Of a DNA stretch of 64,000 nucleotides, positions 50,492 to 60,238 are shown piece by piece. The stretch is from Spirochaetia bacterium (lineage in GTDB: Bacteria > Spirochaetota > Spirochaetia > UBA9216). Under the pieces are notes generated by a model. The model searched no databases. It saw only the letters and a list, made by a program, of their open reading frames with translations, and was not told the origin of the DNA. The DNA is taken from the NCBI GenBank assembly GCA_965140585.1, contig OZ223266.1, forward strand, positions 1-64,000, written 5' to 3'. The number at the start of each line of letters is the position of its first letter. The stretch's first letter is position 1. A program made the translations under genes and the position numbers.

Positions 50492-50730
50492 ATGGAGGAA
50501 GAATCACGTGAGCTACTGGAACGTCTCAATGCAAAAATAGATCCTAAGGAAAAAGTCAAAGATCTTGGGAATGGTCAGCAGAAGATGATTGAAATAGCGA
50601 AGGCTCTTTCAGTTGATACACAGGTTATCGTTTTTGATGAACTCACAAGATCTCTTACAAATAAAGAAATCGAAGAACTCTTCAGGCTGATAAGGTTTCT
50701 GAAGGAGAATGATGTAAGCATTTTTTATCT
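50492..50730 (+). pseudogene. Internal fragment of a sugar ABC ATP-binding protein
   Basis: DLGNGQQKMIEIAKALS..VFDELTRSLTNKEIEELF..SIFY, fused in frame to the next relic. Confidence 0.8.
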
Positions 50731-51617
50731 TAACCCGGCTGGTAATAAAACCCTTCTTACTGATATAGATGAGCAGAAACTGGCTGAAGGTAGAGAAAAA
50801 CTTTTGTCTGTATCCGGTTAAAAGAAGAAAATGGGCTTAATTCAAAGGCAGAGGCTGAGGGGTCGCCTTTGATCTGATTGAAACAAGTACTGATATTAAA
50901 AAAGCAGCTGACAGAGCCTTCATGGTAATAGAATTTATCGTTGAGAAAGTTGAGGCTAAACAGGAACTCTTTGCTAACCTTGATGCGATACTTCCTCTTG
51001 ATGTTTCAATTTAAAGCAATACAAGCGAGCTGAGAATTACCGATATAAGTACGAAATGTATATATCCGGAGCGTGCTGTTACAACTCATTTATGGCTTTC
51101 TGCATATCTTGTTCCGCTTGTCGACGTTATTATGGGAGACCGGGCTGATATTGCTGTTGCCGAGAAAGTTCGTGATGAATTGATAAAATGGAAGAAGTCT
51201 CCGGTCTTTTTCTGGCGGGATCTTTCAGGACAGCTTGCAAACAGGGTTTTTCAGGTTATAATAAGGGAATCGATAGATATAGTGGCCAGCGGACTTGCAA
51301 TGGCAGTGGATGTTGATACCGCTATTGCAGCAGGCATGCCTATGAGATTTCCGGTGCGGGAGCCTATTATGCATCTTGATGCAATAGGTACAGATCTCGG
51401 GCTTTCTGTTCAGCAGACAGTGCTCCCCGGTATTAATGCCGATAGACAGCCCAGCTCATACATCAGTGATATGGTTGAACGCGGAGATCTGGGAGCCGGT
51501 ACCGGTAAAGGTTTTTATGACTGGAGTCAGAGAAGCATAGATGATGATATAAAAAAACGCGGCCTGTTTATAATAGAAGCAGTTAAAATTACTGATAAAC
51601 TGAATAATCAGATATAG
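50730..51617 (+). pseudogene. 3-hydroxyacyl-CoA dehydrogenase family (possibly L-gulonate 3-dehydrogenase-like) relic
   Basis: Fragments AGNKTLLTDIDE, VIEFIVEKVEAKQELF, *SNTS (in-frame stop), VPLVD, GQLANR and GTGKGFYDW. Confidence 0.8.
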
Positions 51618-51629
51618 CGGAGGCGGCAG

Positions 51630-52706
51630 ATGAAACAGTATTTTGCTTTGGGTTCATACACTGAACCTATTTTATTCGGCACCGGAGAGGTCTACCAGGG
51701 GCAGGGAAAAGGAATTACTATCTGCTCCTTTGAAAATGGTAAAATTGAAATAGTTAAAGAGATCGAAATCCGCAATCCTTCTTTTCTTTGTATCGATGAA
51801 AAAAATAAAAAGATATACGCAGTAAATGAAATGAAAGAATACCTTGGTGAAGAAGGCGGCGGCCTTACGCAGCTTTCCTATGCTGATGATTTTTCCATGT
51901 CGGTTGAAGGTTCATGGAATACAGGCGGAAAAGATCCCTGTCATCTTGAGATTTCACCTGACTCCAGTTTTATCGCTATATCAAATTTTGCAAGCGGTTC
52001 AGTTACTTTTTTTTCGCTTGAACATGAAGGTAATGTAACGGCTGACAGCAGGGCGATCTTTCAGCATAGCGGAAGCAGCATTCACCCTGTTAGACAGACA
52101 AGGCCTCATGCCCACAGCTGTATATTCAGCCGGGGGAATAATATGCTTTATGTTCCTGATTTAGGTCTGGATAAGGTCGTTGCGTATAAAATTGAAGATA
52201 GTATGATTTCGATGGATGAAACGAAGCTCATTGAAGTTGCCGCCGGCAGCGGGCCCCGTTACGGAGAGTTCACTAAGGACGGGAAGCATTTCTACCTTAT
52301 TAACGAAATCAGTTCCCGGATTATTCATTATACATGTGAAAACGGCACTCTAAATTTTAGACAGGTTGTTGAAACGCTCCCGGATGATTTTAAAGGTGAC
52401 AACATCTGTTCCGATCTCCATCTTACACCGGATGGAACAAAACTTTATGCTTCCAACAGAGGTCATGACAGTATTGTAAGCTATGAGATCAACAGTTCCG
52501 GTGAACTTACTCTGACAGGCAGAACACCCTGCGGAGGTAAAACTCCCAGGAATTTTGCAGTAGATCCGGCCGGAACTCATCTTCTGGTTGGTAACCAGGA
52601 CAGTGATTTGATTACCGTATTCAGAATTACTTCTGACGGGCAGCTTGAAAAATTGATTGATTGGGATACGGGTTCACCTGTCTGCATCAAGTTTTTTAAT
52701 CCATAG
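51630..52706 (+). CDS. pgl: Beta-propeller lactonase (6-phosphogluconolactonase family)
   Basis: Motifs GSYT, NPSFL, YAVNE, RPHAH, DLGLD, GSGPR, SNRGHDS and PRNF. Confidence 0.88.
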   Translation: MKQYFALGSYTEPILFGTGEVYQGQGKGITICSFENGKIEIVKEIEIRNPSFLCIDEKNKKIYAVNEMKEYLGEEGGGLTQLSYADDFSMSVEGSWNTGGKDPCHLEISPDSSFIAISNFASGSVTFFSLEHEGNVTADSRAIFQHSGSSIHPVRQTRPHAHSCIFSRGNNMLYVPDLGLDKVVAYKIEDSMISMDETKLIEVAAGSGPRYGEFTKDGKHFYLINEISSRIIHYTCENGTLNFRQVVETLPDDFKGDNICSDLHLTPDGTKLYASNRGHDSIVSYEINSSGELTLTGRTPCGGKTPRNFAVDPAGTHLLVGNQDSDLITVFRITSDGQLEKLIDWDTGSPVCIKFFNP

Positions 52707-52730
52707 AAATCCTATAACAAGGAGAAAAAT

Positions 52731-53497
52731 ATGCTTAAACTCAAAACTACGGGTAAATACGATTTAATTTGCCAGGCTAGTATAGGTGTGCGCATCACCC
52801 CTGCAGACAGACTTCCGGTTCATACAAGCCGGATGTTTCAGATGCAGTCAACCAGTGCCGAAAGCAATGTTCTAAATGTCTCTGCAGCACTTGGGCTTCG
52901 GACCAAGGGGCTGACTGCCTTTGTTAAGGACAGTCCGGTTTCCCGGTTTGTCAAAAGTGAGCTGCGTTTCCGCAATGTGGAATTTGAAGGACCTGAGGTA
53001 GAGTAGGACGGGCCCTGGGGAGTGAGGCCCCAGTTTAATATTGCCGACACCGGCTACGGTTTACGAGGGCCCCGGGTCTGGAACGACAGAGCCGGTGAAG
53101 TAGGAAGAACTTTAAATATCAAAGATTTTGATACAAAGAAAAATTTTCAGGAGGAAGGTGTAAAAATTCTTCATCTTTCAGGGCCTATTGCTGCAATGAG
53201 TACCGAAACTACTGAGTTCTGTCTCGAACTTGCGAGAGCAGCCGGAAAAAGCGGTACTCTTATTTCCTTTGATTTTAATTTCAGAGCTTCGTTCTGAAAG
53301 GGCCGGAAGCCGGCGGTGACGGCTTTGTTGCCGGACTTCTTTATGCTATTCTTAGAAACTGGAGTGAAGATGAGTGGATGCAGTTCGGCTTGGCTACCGG
53401 CGTTCTTGCCGCGTCAGTTCTGGATGATTACGGAACTCCGGCTGATGAAGAGCAGGTCTGGAGCATATACAAGGGCAATGCCAGGGTAAAGAGGTGA
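52731..53497 (+). pseudogene. PfkB-family sugar-acid kinase (KDG/gluconate kinase-like)
   Basis: TSAESNV, DRAGEV and SFDFNFRAS; in-frame TAG at 53004 and TGA at 53295; deletion up to GGDGFVAGLLYAIL...GNARVKR*. Confidence 0.85.
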
Positions 53498-53500
53498 TTT

Positions 53501-54955
53501 ATGAAAAAAGCTGATATTGGTCTTATCGGTCTCGCTGTTATGGGTGAGAATCTGGTGATGAATATGGAATCAAAGGGATTCACCGCCGTAGTTTATAATC
53601 GTACCACAAGTAAGGTTGATGACTTTGTTAACGGCAGGGCCAGGGGGAAAAACATTATTGGAACACATAGTCTTTCCGAGCTGGCAGATAATCTTGCAAA
53701 ACCCAGGAAAGTAATGATGATGGTTAAGGCCGGTAAGCCGGTTGATGAACTTATAGACCAGCTTCTGGAAGTCGTTGAACCGGGTGATATTATCATTGAC
53801 GGAGGCAACAGCCACTTTTCCGACACAATCAGAAGAACCGAATATGTAGAAAGTAAGGGGCTTTATTATATAGGAAGCGGTGTTTCAGGCGGTGAAGAGG
53901 GTGCTTTAAAGGGTCCGAGCATAATGCCCGGCGGCAGCCCGTCGGCCTGGCCGTCAGTTAAGCCCCTCCTTCAGGCAATTTCTGCAAAAGTAGAAGACGG
54001 GTCGCCATGCTGCGACTGGGTCGGTGAAAACGGGGCCGGTCATTTTGTAAAGATGGTTCATAACGGTATTGAGTACGGTGATATGCAGATAATCTGCGAG
54101 GCCTATCAGCTTATGAAAGACCTGCTTGGAATGAGTGCCGATGAGATGCATGAGGTGTTTAAGCAGTGGAATGAAACTGAACTTGACAGCTACCTCATCG
54201 AAATAACCCGCGATATTCTTGCATACAAGGATACTGACGGAAAACCTATAGTAGATAAAATACTTGATACGGCAGGGCAGAAGGGAACAGGTAAGTGGAC
54301 CGGTATTACAGCGCTTGATGAAGGCGTTCCCCTGACGCTGATTGGTGAGAGTGTTTTCAGCCGCTGCCTGTCGGCTATCAAGGATGAGCGTGTTAAAGCT
54401 GCACAGGAGTATTCTGGAAAGCAGAAATCAGTATTCAGCGGTGACCGGAAGCAGTTTATTGCTGATATTAAAAGTGCACTGTATGCGTCGAAGATTATTT
54501 CATACGCTCAGGGTTACAGTCTTATGAGAACAGCTGCTGCCACATACAAATGGAACCTCAATTACGGCGGCATTGCTCTCATGTGGCGGGGCGGATGTAT
54601 AATAAGGTCTGTATTTCTGGGTAAGATTAAAGAGGCCTTCGACAGTAATCCGGAACTTACAAACCTTCTGCTTGATCCCTACTTTAAGGGAGTGATGGAA
54701 TCGCTTCTTGAACCATGGCGCAGGGTTGTTTCCCAGGCTGTGCTTTGCGGTGTTCCGGTGCCTGCATTTGCAGCGGCCTTGTCCTACTTTGACGGTTATA
54801 CATGTGAACGTCTCCCTGCAAATCTGCTTCAGGCACAGAGGGATTATTTCGGCGCCCATACCTACGAAAGGCTTGATGAAGTACGGGGAAAGTTTTTTCA
54901 TACAAACTGGACCGGGCACGGCGGAAGCACCTCTGCTTCCACATACAATGTTTAA
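53501..54955 (+). CDS. gnd: NADP-dependent 6-phosphogluconate dehydrogenase
   Basis: Motifs GLIGLAVMG, GVSGGEEGA, KMVHNGIEYGDMQ and QRDYFGAH. Confidence 0.97.
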   Translation: MKKADIGLIGLAVMGENLVMNMESKGFTAVVYNRTTSKVDDFVNGRARGKNIIGTHSLSELADNLAKPRKVMMMVKAGKPVDELIDQLLEVVEPGDIIIDGGNSHFSDTIRRTEYVESKGLYYIGSGVSGGEEGALKGPSIMPGGSPSAWPSVKPLLQAISAKVEDGSPCCDWVGENGAGHFVKMVHNGIEYGDMQIICEAYQLMKDLLGMSADEMHEVFKQWNETELDSYLIEITRDILAYKDTDGKPIVDKILDTAGQKGTGKWTGITALDEGVPLTLIGESVFSRCLSAIKDERVKAAQEYSGKQKSVFSGDRKQFIADIKSALYASKIISYAQGYSLMRTAAATYKWNLNYGGIALMWRGGCIIRSVFLGKIKEAFDSNPELTNLLLDPYFKGVMESLLEPWRRVVSQAVLCGVPVPAFAAALSYFDGYTCERLPANLLQAQRDYFGAHTYERLDEVRGKFFHTNWTGHGGSTSASTYNV

Positions 54956-54959
54956 CGTT

Positions 54960-56201
54960 ATGACAAATACAGAAATCAAAAATCAAATTGAGTTATTTCT
55001 TGCATCGCAGGGAGAACTCAAAAGAGTTCTCCTTGTAGGGCCGGATTTTACCCGTTATTTTTCAAATGCGGGGTATATATGCAACTATGCCTACCACTGG
55101 CTTGTAGAGCGGGGCTGTGAAGTAAAAATACTTGAAGCCCTTGGAACCCATGTTGCAATGACTGAAGAAGAACTCAGTGAAATGTACGGAGATATTCCAC
55201 ACTCCTGTTTTGTAGTTCATGACTGGAGAAATGATGTTGAAACCATCGGTGAGGTGCCCGCTACTTTTTTAAGTGAGGTTACCGACGGAATCTGGACTGA
55301 AGGCATATCGGTACAGGTTAACAGGCTTGTCCTTGACCCCTCGTTTGACCTGATACTTTCTGTAGGACAGGTCGTTCCGCATGAAGTAATAGGTATGGCA
55401 AACCATGCGAAAAATCTCTTTGTCGGGGTCGGCGGAGCAGACATGATCAATAAGAGCCATATGGTCGGGGCGGTATACGGAATGGAAAAGATGATGGGCA
55501 AGGATTTTACCCCGGTACGGAAGGTATTTGACTATGCCCTTGATAAGTTTCTGTCCGAACTTCCGATATGGTTTGCTCTCACAGTTTGTACTGCACCGGA
55601 GGGTGATATTGAAACTCATGGTTTTTTCATAGGCAACACCAGAAAAGTTCTGGAAGACGCGGTAGCTCTGTCGCAGGAGAAGAATATTGATTTCGTTGAT
55701 CACGGCATACAGAAATGTGTTGTATATCTTGATCCGAAAGAGTTTAAAAGCACCTGGCTTGGAAACAAGAGTATATACCGTACCCGCATGGCCATTGCCG
55801 ATGGGGGCGAACTGCTGGTTCTTGCCCCCGGAGTTGATAGGTTCGGTGAGGATCCGCAGAATGATGAGCTTATCAGAAAATATGGATACCGGGGGCGTGT
55901 ACATACCCTGGAAGAGTTCAAGAACAACAGCGATCTTGCAGGGAACGCCGGAGTTGCCGCCCATCTTATACACGGTTCATCCGATGAGAGGTTTTCAATT
56001 ACCTACGCGGTGAAGAATATAACCGAGAAGGAAATTGATGATATCGGATTTAAAAGTACATCCTATGATGAGATGGTTAAAATCTATAATCCGGAAAAAC
56101 TTGTCTACGGCTATAACAAAATGCCCGATGGTGAAGTTATTTACTTCATTCCAAACCCGGCTTTGGGGCTGTGGATTAACCGGGAGAAGTTTGAGGGTTG
56201 A
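54960..56201 (+). CDS. LarA (lactate racemase) family protein, D-gluconate/D-mannonate 2-epimerase-like
   Basis: Motifs PDFTR, ALGTH, HDW, VVPHEVIGMAN and KSTWLGNKSIYRTRMAIADGG. The ATG at 54960 has no clear RBS, so the N-terminus may be clipped. Confidence 0.78.
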   Translation: MTNTEIKNQIELFLASQGELKRVLLVGPDFTRYFSNAGYICNYAYHWLVERGCEVKILEALGTHVAMTEEELSEMYGDIPHSCFVVHDWRNDVETIGEVPATFLSEVTDGIWTEGISVQVNRLVLDPSFDLILSVGQVVPHEVIGMANHAKNLFVGVGGADMINKSHMVGAVYGMEKMMGKDFTPVRKVFDYALDKFLSELPIWFALTVCTAPEGDIETHGFFIGNTRKVLEDAVALSQEKNIDFVDHGIQKCVVYLDPKEFKSTWLGNKSIYRTRMAIADGGELLVLAPGVDRFGEDPQNDELIRKYGYRGRVHTLEEFKNNSDLAGNAGVAAHLIHGSSDERFSITYAVKNITEKEIDDIGFKSTSYDEMVKIYNPEKLVYGYNKMPDGEVIYFIPNPALGLWINREKFEG

Positions 56202-56203
56202 AA

Positions 56204-56250
56204 ATTATCTTTGAATATTCGGAGTGTCAATCCGGATTTTCAAGGATAAA
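56204..56250. repeat. 47-bp imperfect palindrome, copy 1 of a direct repeat
   Basis: ATTATCTTTGAATATTCGG-agtgtcaat-CCGGATTTTCAAGGATAAA; 44/47 identical to 61365-61411. Confidence 0.9.
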
Positions 56251-56288
56251 TCTGTTTGCTGGCGATTGTATAAACTCAAATAAAAAAA

Positions 56289-56317
56289 TTGACAGCTGGC
56301 TTCTTTTCCTGTACCTT
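56289..56317 (+). promoter_or_regulatory. sigma70-type promoter upstream of the riboswitch
   Basis: TTGACA-17 bp-TACCTT. Confidence 0.6.
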
Positions 56318-56357
56318 GTTTGCAAGTTCCTGAGAACTATCAATACATGATTATTTA

Positions 56358-56472
56358 ATTCGGCTCCGAGCACTCTTATCCTAAAAACTGTAAACCTTAC
56401 AGTTCATTCAGGGATATTGTGCCGATAGGGTTCTGCCGGAAACAGCAGAGCCTCCCGTATTGGAAAGGAGAG
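56358..56472 (+). ncRNA. Moco (molybdenum cofactor) riboswitch-like RNA motif
   Basis: CTCCGAGC...TATCCTAA...AGGGATA...GCCGAT-AGGGT-TCTGC-GGAAAC-GCAGA-GCCTCCCG-TATTGGAAAGGAG. The 5' CTCC can pair with the GGAG RBS; extra hairpin AACTGTAA/TTACAGTT. Confidence 0.85.
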
Positions 56473-56477
56473 AAAGA

Positions 56478-57587
56478 ATGTGCCTCAAAAAAAGAATTAT
56501 ATTAATTCTATTAATCACATTTTTGCCAATGACGATGCTGTCCGCCGCAGGGCAGCAGGAAACCACGACCGCTGATGAAGCAGTATCCGAAACACGAACT
56601 GTGACCGACATGAAAGGCAATGAAATAATTCTGCCTGTTCAGGGTACCAGATATGCTGTCCTCGGAGGACCAATAAGCCTCACACCCTACCTTTTTGGTG
56701 TTCAGGAAGATGTAATTGCTGTAACCAAAGGTCCCCAGAAGATGCGGATGATGCAGATTATGGATCCCGGCATAGTTAATAAACCGGCTCCACGTACCAC
56801 AAATGGAAATGTTAATGTTGAAGAACTTCTTATGTCCGATCCGGACTGTGTTATCAGTTTTGAAGTTGACGGTCAGATTGTAGTTGATCACACAGATATT
56901 CCGGTTATTTTTCTTACCGGTTCGATGGGCGACGGTTTTGAAGAAATTAAAAACGAAGTTCGTTTTTTCGGCGGAGTATTTCAGAATGCAGAAAAGGCTG
57001 AAGAGTACTGCAGTTACATGGACAGTACCCTGGCACTGATTGATGAAAGGCTGAAAGATATCAAGGAAGCAGATTTTCGCTCCGTTTATCTTGGTGAAGG
57101 ACTTAAGCATCTTGATATTCTAGGCGGCGATACCTTCATGAATGAATGGCTTAATGCTGCTCATTGTAAGAATGCATCCTTTGATATTCTTACTGCTGAA
57201 GGAAAAGAGGGTGATCTTCATTCAGGATTCCGTGAGATTTCGATGGAACAGGTTCTTGCTTCCGACCCTGAAATAATTATTATCAATGAAGGCAAACCTG
57301 AAGACTTAACACAGGATCCCAGGTGGAATGAGATAACCGCAGTAAAGGATGGCCGCGTATTTATGGCTCCCAGCGGACTCTTTGTATGGAGCCGTCCGTC
57401 AATCGAATCCGCAGTTCTGTATCCTCTGTGGATAGCCTTTCAGGTTTACCCGGAATATTTTGCAGACCTTTCTCTAGAAGATGAGTTCACAAAGTTCTAT
57501 AACGAAATGTTTAACTTTAATATTGAGCCCGAGGTTGTTAAAGCCGTAATTTCAGGTGCCTTCAGTTCAAACTTCAATCCTTTTTAG
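56478..57587 (+). CDS. Type II ABC transporter substrate-binding protein (FecB/BtuF/MolA class)
   Basis: Signal peptide followed by AAGQQE; motifs TVTDMKG, NVEELL..DPD, ISMEQVL..DPEII, ITAVKDGRV...P and WSRPS.E. Confidence 0.88.
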   Translation: MCLKKRIILILLITFLPMTMLSAAGQQETTTADEAVSETRTVTDMKGNEIILPVQGTRYAVLGGPISLTPYLFGVQEDVIAVTKGPQKMRMMQIMDPGIVNKPAPRTTNGNVNVEELLMSDPDCVISFEVDGQIVVDHTDIPVIFLTGSMGDGFEEIKNEVRFFGGVFQNAEKAEEYCSYMDSTLALIDERLKDIKEADFRSVYLGEGLKHLDILGGDTFMNEWLNAAHCKNASFDILTAEGKEGDLHSGFREISMEQVLASDPEIIIINEGKPEDLTQDPRWNEITAVKDGRVFMAPSGLFVWSRPSIESAVLYPLWIAFQVYPEYFADLSLEDEFTKFYNEMFNFNIEPEVVKAVISGAFSSNFNPF

Positions 57588-57595
57588 GCATTAAT

Positions 57596-58633
57596 GTGGA
57601 TAAACTGTTAAAAAAGGAAAAATGGGGAGTATTGCATTACAGGCAGATAATTATTATTTCGTCTTTAGTATTGTTTGCCGTAATTCTGACCGCTCTTTGC
57701 CTCGGGCGGTACAGAATATCCCCGCCTGAAGTTTTTAAAATTCTACTATATAAACCCTTTGCTTCTGAGCCATCGTGGTCTAAAAATGTAGAGACTGTTA
57801 TCTTTCAGGTAAGGCTGCCCAGAATTATAGCAGGCTTTCTTGTCGGAGCAGGGCTTTCCCTTGCAGGGGCCAGTCTGCAGTCGATGTTTAAAAACCCGCT
57901 GGTTTCCTCACAGATCCTCGGCGTGGCCTCCGGAGCCGGTTTCGGCGCCGCAATTGCAATCCTTCTGTTTGAAAGCATAATAATCACGCAGATATCATCC
58001 TTTGTTTTCGGCCTTGCAGCAGTTGGGTTGACATGGCTCTTAAGCCGCAGAAAATCTGTAACTCCAGTCATACTGCTTGTCCTATCCGGTGTGGTTGTCG
58101 GCAGTTTATTCTCCTCTATGACATCAATGGTGAAATATCTTGCCGATCCGATGAACAAGATGCCGGCAATTGTATTCTGGCTGCTGGGGTCTCTTAATCA
58201 TGTTAATGTAAATGAGCTGCGACTTCTGGGGCCTGTAATGATAGTTTCGGGCGGGATGCTGCTTCTTATCAGGTGGCGTTTGAATATTCTTACAATGGGT
58301 GATGAATCCGCTAAAGCTCTTGGGGTGAATACAGAGCAGCTGAAGGTTATAGTCATAATATGCTCTACTTTGCTAACTGCTTCATCTGTCTGCCTTTGCG
58401 GAATAATCGGTTGGGTGGGTCTGGTCATTCCCCATATAGGAAGGCTGATTGCCGGCCCGGATAACCGAAGACTGCTGCCGATTTGTGTTCTTGTGGGCGG
58501 GGCTTTCATGATCATTGTGGATACCATAGCAAGGACTGCGACCGAGACTGAGATTCCGCTTGGTGTGCTTACGTCTGTAATAGGTGCTCCAATCTTTTCA
58601 ACATTATTGCTGAGAAAGGAGACAGGATGGTAG
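57596..58633 (+). CDS. FecCD/BtuC-family ABC permease
   Basis: Motifs RLPR, FKNPLVS, WLLGSL and GWVGLVIPH. Confidence 0.92.
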   Translation: MDKLLKKEKWGVLHYRQIIIISSLVLFAVILTALCLGRYRISPPEVFKILLYKPFASEPSWSKNVETVIFQVRLPRIIAGFLVGAGLSLAGASLQSMFKNPLVSSQILGVASGAGFGAAIAILLFESIIITQISSFVFGLAAVGLTWLLSRRKSVTPVILLVLSGVVVGSLFSSMTSMVKYLADPMNKMPAIVFWLLGSLNHVNVNELRLLGPVMIVSGGMLLLIRWRLNILTMGDESAKALGVNTEQLKVIVIICSTLLTASSVCLCGIIGWVGLVIPHIGRLIAGPDNRRLLPICVLVGGAFMIIVDTIARTATETEIPLGVLTSVIGAPIFSTLLLRKETGW

Positions 58634-59436
58634 GAACATCTGAAGCAGTCAGGATAAGTGTTCAGAACCTGACTTTTAACTATGGGGACAAAGCGGCTGA
58701 TGTTTTCAGGGATGTCAGCTTTGATATTATTGAGGGGGATGTTATATCCCTTCTGGGCCCGAACGGCACAGGGAAATCGACACTGCTGAAATGTATTGCC
58801 GGTGTTCTTGATTCGCATGGACGTATTTTTCTTGACGGAAAGGATGTTGATGAAATGCATCATAATGCAATTGCTGCAAAGATTGCCTATGTACCGCAGA
58901 CCCAGGTTTCACCCTTTCCATATCCTGTTAAAGAGATAGTAATGATGGGCCGGGCATCCCACCTTGGTCTTTTTTCATCTCCCGGCATGCATGATGAAGA
59001 TATCTGCAATGAAGCTATGAAGCGGGTAGGGATTGAATATCTTGCAGACCGCCCCTGTACAAGAATAAGCGGTGGTGAGTGGCAGCTGGTTCTGATAGCC
59101 CGGGCAATTGCTCAGGAGTCGGGAATCCTGCTTCTTGATGAACCCACCTCTCACCTGGATCTTGGGAATCAGATGAGAATTCTTGAAACTATAAATAGTC
59201 TATCAGTAGCAGGCTTCACAATTATGGTAGCTACTCATTTTCCTGATCATGCTCTGCTTACTTCAAACAGGGCTGCCATTCTTAAAGACGGTCGGCTCTC
59301 GGATTTATTGGAACCTGAGAAAATAATCACGGAAGATATGATTGCAAGGACATATGGTGTTGATGTAAAGATAATTCAGCATGAAAGTCTTGGTAAAAGA
59401 AAAATGATTGTACCAATGTTAAAGGAGAAAGTATGA
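58627..59436 (+). CDS. ABC transporter ATP-binding protein (FecE/MolC class)
   Basis: Motifs GPNGTGKSTLL, ISGGEWQLV, DEPTSHLD and THFPDHA. Confidence 0.92.
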   Translation: MVGTSEAVRISVQNLTFNYGDKAADVFRDVSFDIIEGDVISLLGPNGTGKSTLLKCIAGVLDSHGRIFLDGKDVDEMHHNAIAAKIAYVPQTQVSPFPYPVKEIVMMGRASHLGLFSSPGMHDEDICNEAMKRVGIEYLADRPCTRISGGEWQLVLIARAIAQESGILLLDEPTSHLDLGNQMRILETINSLSVAGFTIMVATHFPDHALLTSNRAAILKDGRLSDLLEPEKIITEDMIARTYGVDVKIIQHESLGKRKMIVPMLKEKV

Positions 59437-60197
59437 TAGTTGATAAAATAATAGAGCAGGCGACAGAAAGAGCACTTAAAGGCGGCCAGACTTTGAAACG
59501 GCTGGTAGTAGGTGTCAAATATCTCGGGGTTGAGCTTTCAGACGGAAGCTGCGGATTGGCATTCCGCTTTGATCCGGATCCCTTCCATTTTATTGCAAAG
59601 AAATCCGGATCAGATGAGTATGATAAACTTCCCCTTACGACCCTTATAGGTTTTGCCGCCGATAACAGATCGCTTTTAAGATCCGGTATTGGAATTGCCG
59701 TAATTAACGCGCTTACTCCGTGGGAAGAAATGCAGAGCCCGGAAAAGAAGGATTCTGCCGAGGCTGCCGGAATAAAAGATGGTGATGTAGTCGGTATGGT
59801 CGGGTTTTTTCCGCCGCTGGTAAAGATGCTTGAAAAAAGAGATGTTGATCTACGTGTTTTTGAACGCTCAGTTCATCAGCCTCATCCTTATCTCTACCCT
59901 GACTGGGCTGAGCACAGACTCCTGCCCGAATGTGATGTTGTCATACTTACCGGAACCTCCTGTATTAATGGGACAATTGATCAGCTTCTTGACTACTGCT
60001 CAAATGCAAGACAGGTAAGCGTTACCGGACCCTCCACTCCCATGTATCCGAAAGCCTTTGCCGGTACGAATGCTACAATACTTGCCGGGGCAAAATATAA
60101 GGAAGATGAGAAAGAAGAGTTATTCAAGGCATTATCGCTTGGTTACTGCGGTTCAGAGACTCTTAACTATATGGATAAGTTTGCCTGGCGGCTGTAG
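59433..60197 (+). CDS. DUF364 (enolase N-terminal-like plus Rossmann-like) protein
   Basis: Motifs GLAF, IGIAVINAL, VGMVGFF.P, VFER, DVVILTGTS.INGTI..LL and GPSTPM. Confidence 0.85.
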   Translation: MIVDKIIEQATERALKGGQTLKRLVVGVKYLGVELSDGSCGLAFRFDPDPFHFIAKKSGSDEYDKLPLTTLIGFAADNRSLLRSGIGIAVINALTPWEEMQSPEKKDSAEAAGIKDGDVVGMVGFFPPLVKMLEKRDVDLRVFERSVHQPHPYLYPDWAEHRLLPECDVVILTGTSCINGTIDQLLDYCSNARQVSVTGPSTPMYPKAFAGTNATILAGAKYKEDEKEELFKALSLGYCGSETLNYMDKFAWRL

Positions 60198-60238
60198 ATC
60201 TTACGAAGTATCATTATTTACTTGCAAAAACAATTATT

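Noticed and set aside
53004-53297. In-frame TAG and TGA in the PfkB gene as pyrrolysine or selenocysteine recoding
   Set aside because: The gene also has a large internal deletion, the TGA sits at a likely Trp codon, and its neighbours are decayed. Ordinary pseudogenisation explains it.
54708-54959. 84-aa N-terminal extension of the LarA-family ORF in the ORF track
   Set aside because: It overlaps the conserved gnd C-terminus in another frame and shows no family features.
56358-56472. Cobalamin riboswitch upstream of a BtuFCD-like transporter
   Set aside because: No B12-box or GCCACTG-type elements were seen; the motifs match the Moco RNA instead.
55269-58863. Long antisense ORFs (e.g. 55269-55973, 56511-57110, 58198-58863; also 31993-32577)
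   Set aside because: They are shadows of well-supported genes on the opposite strand, with no motifs or RBS.
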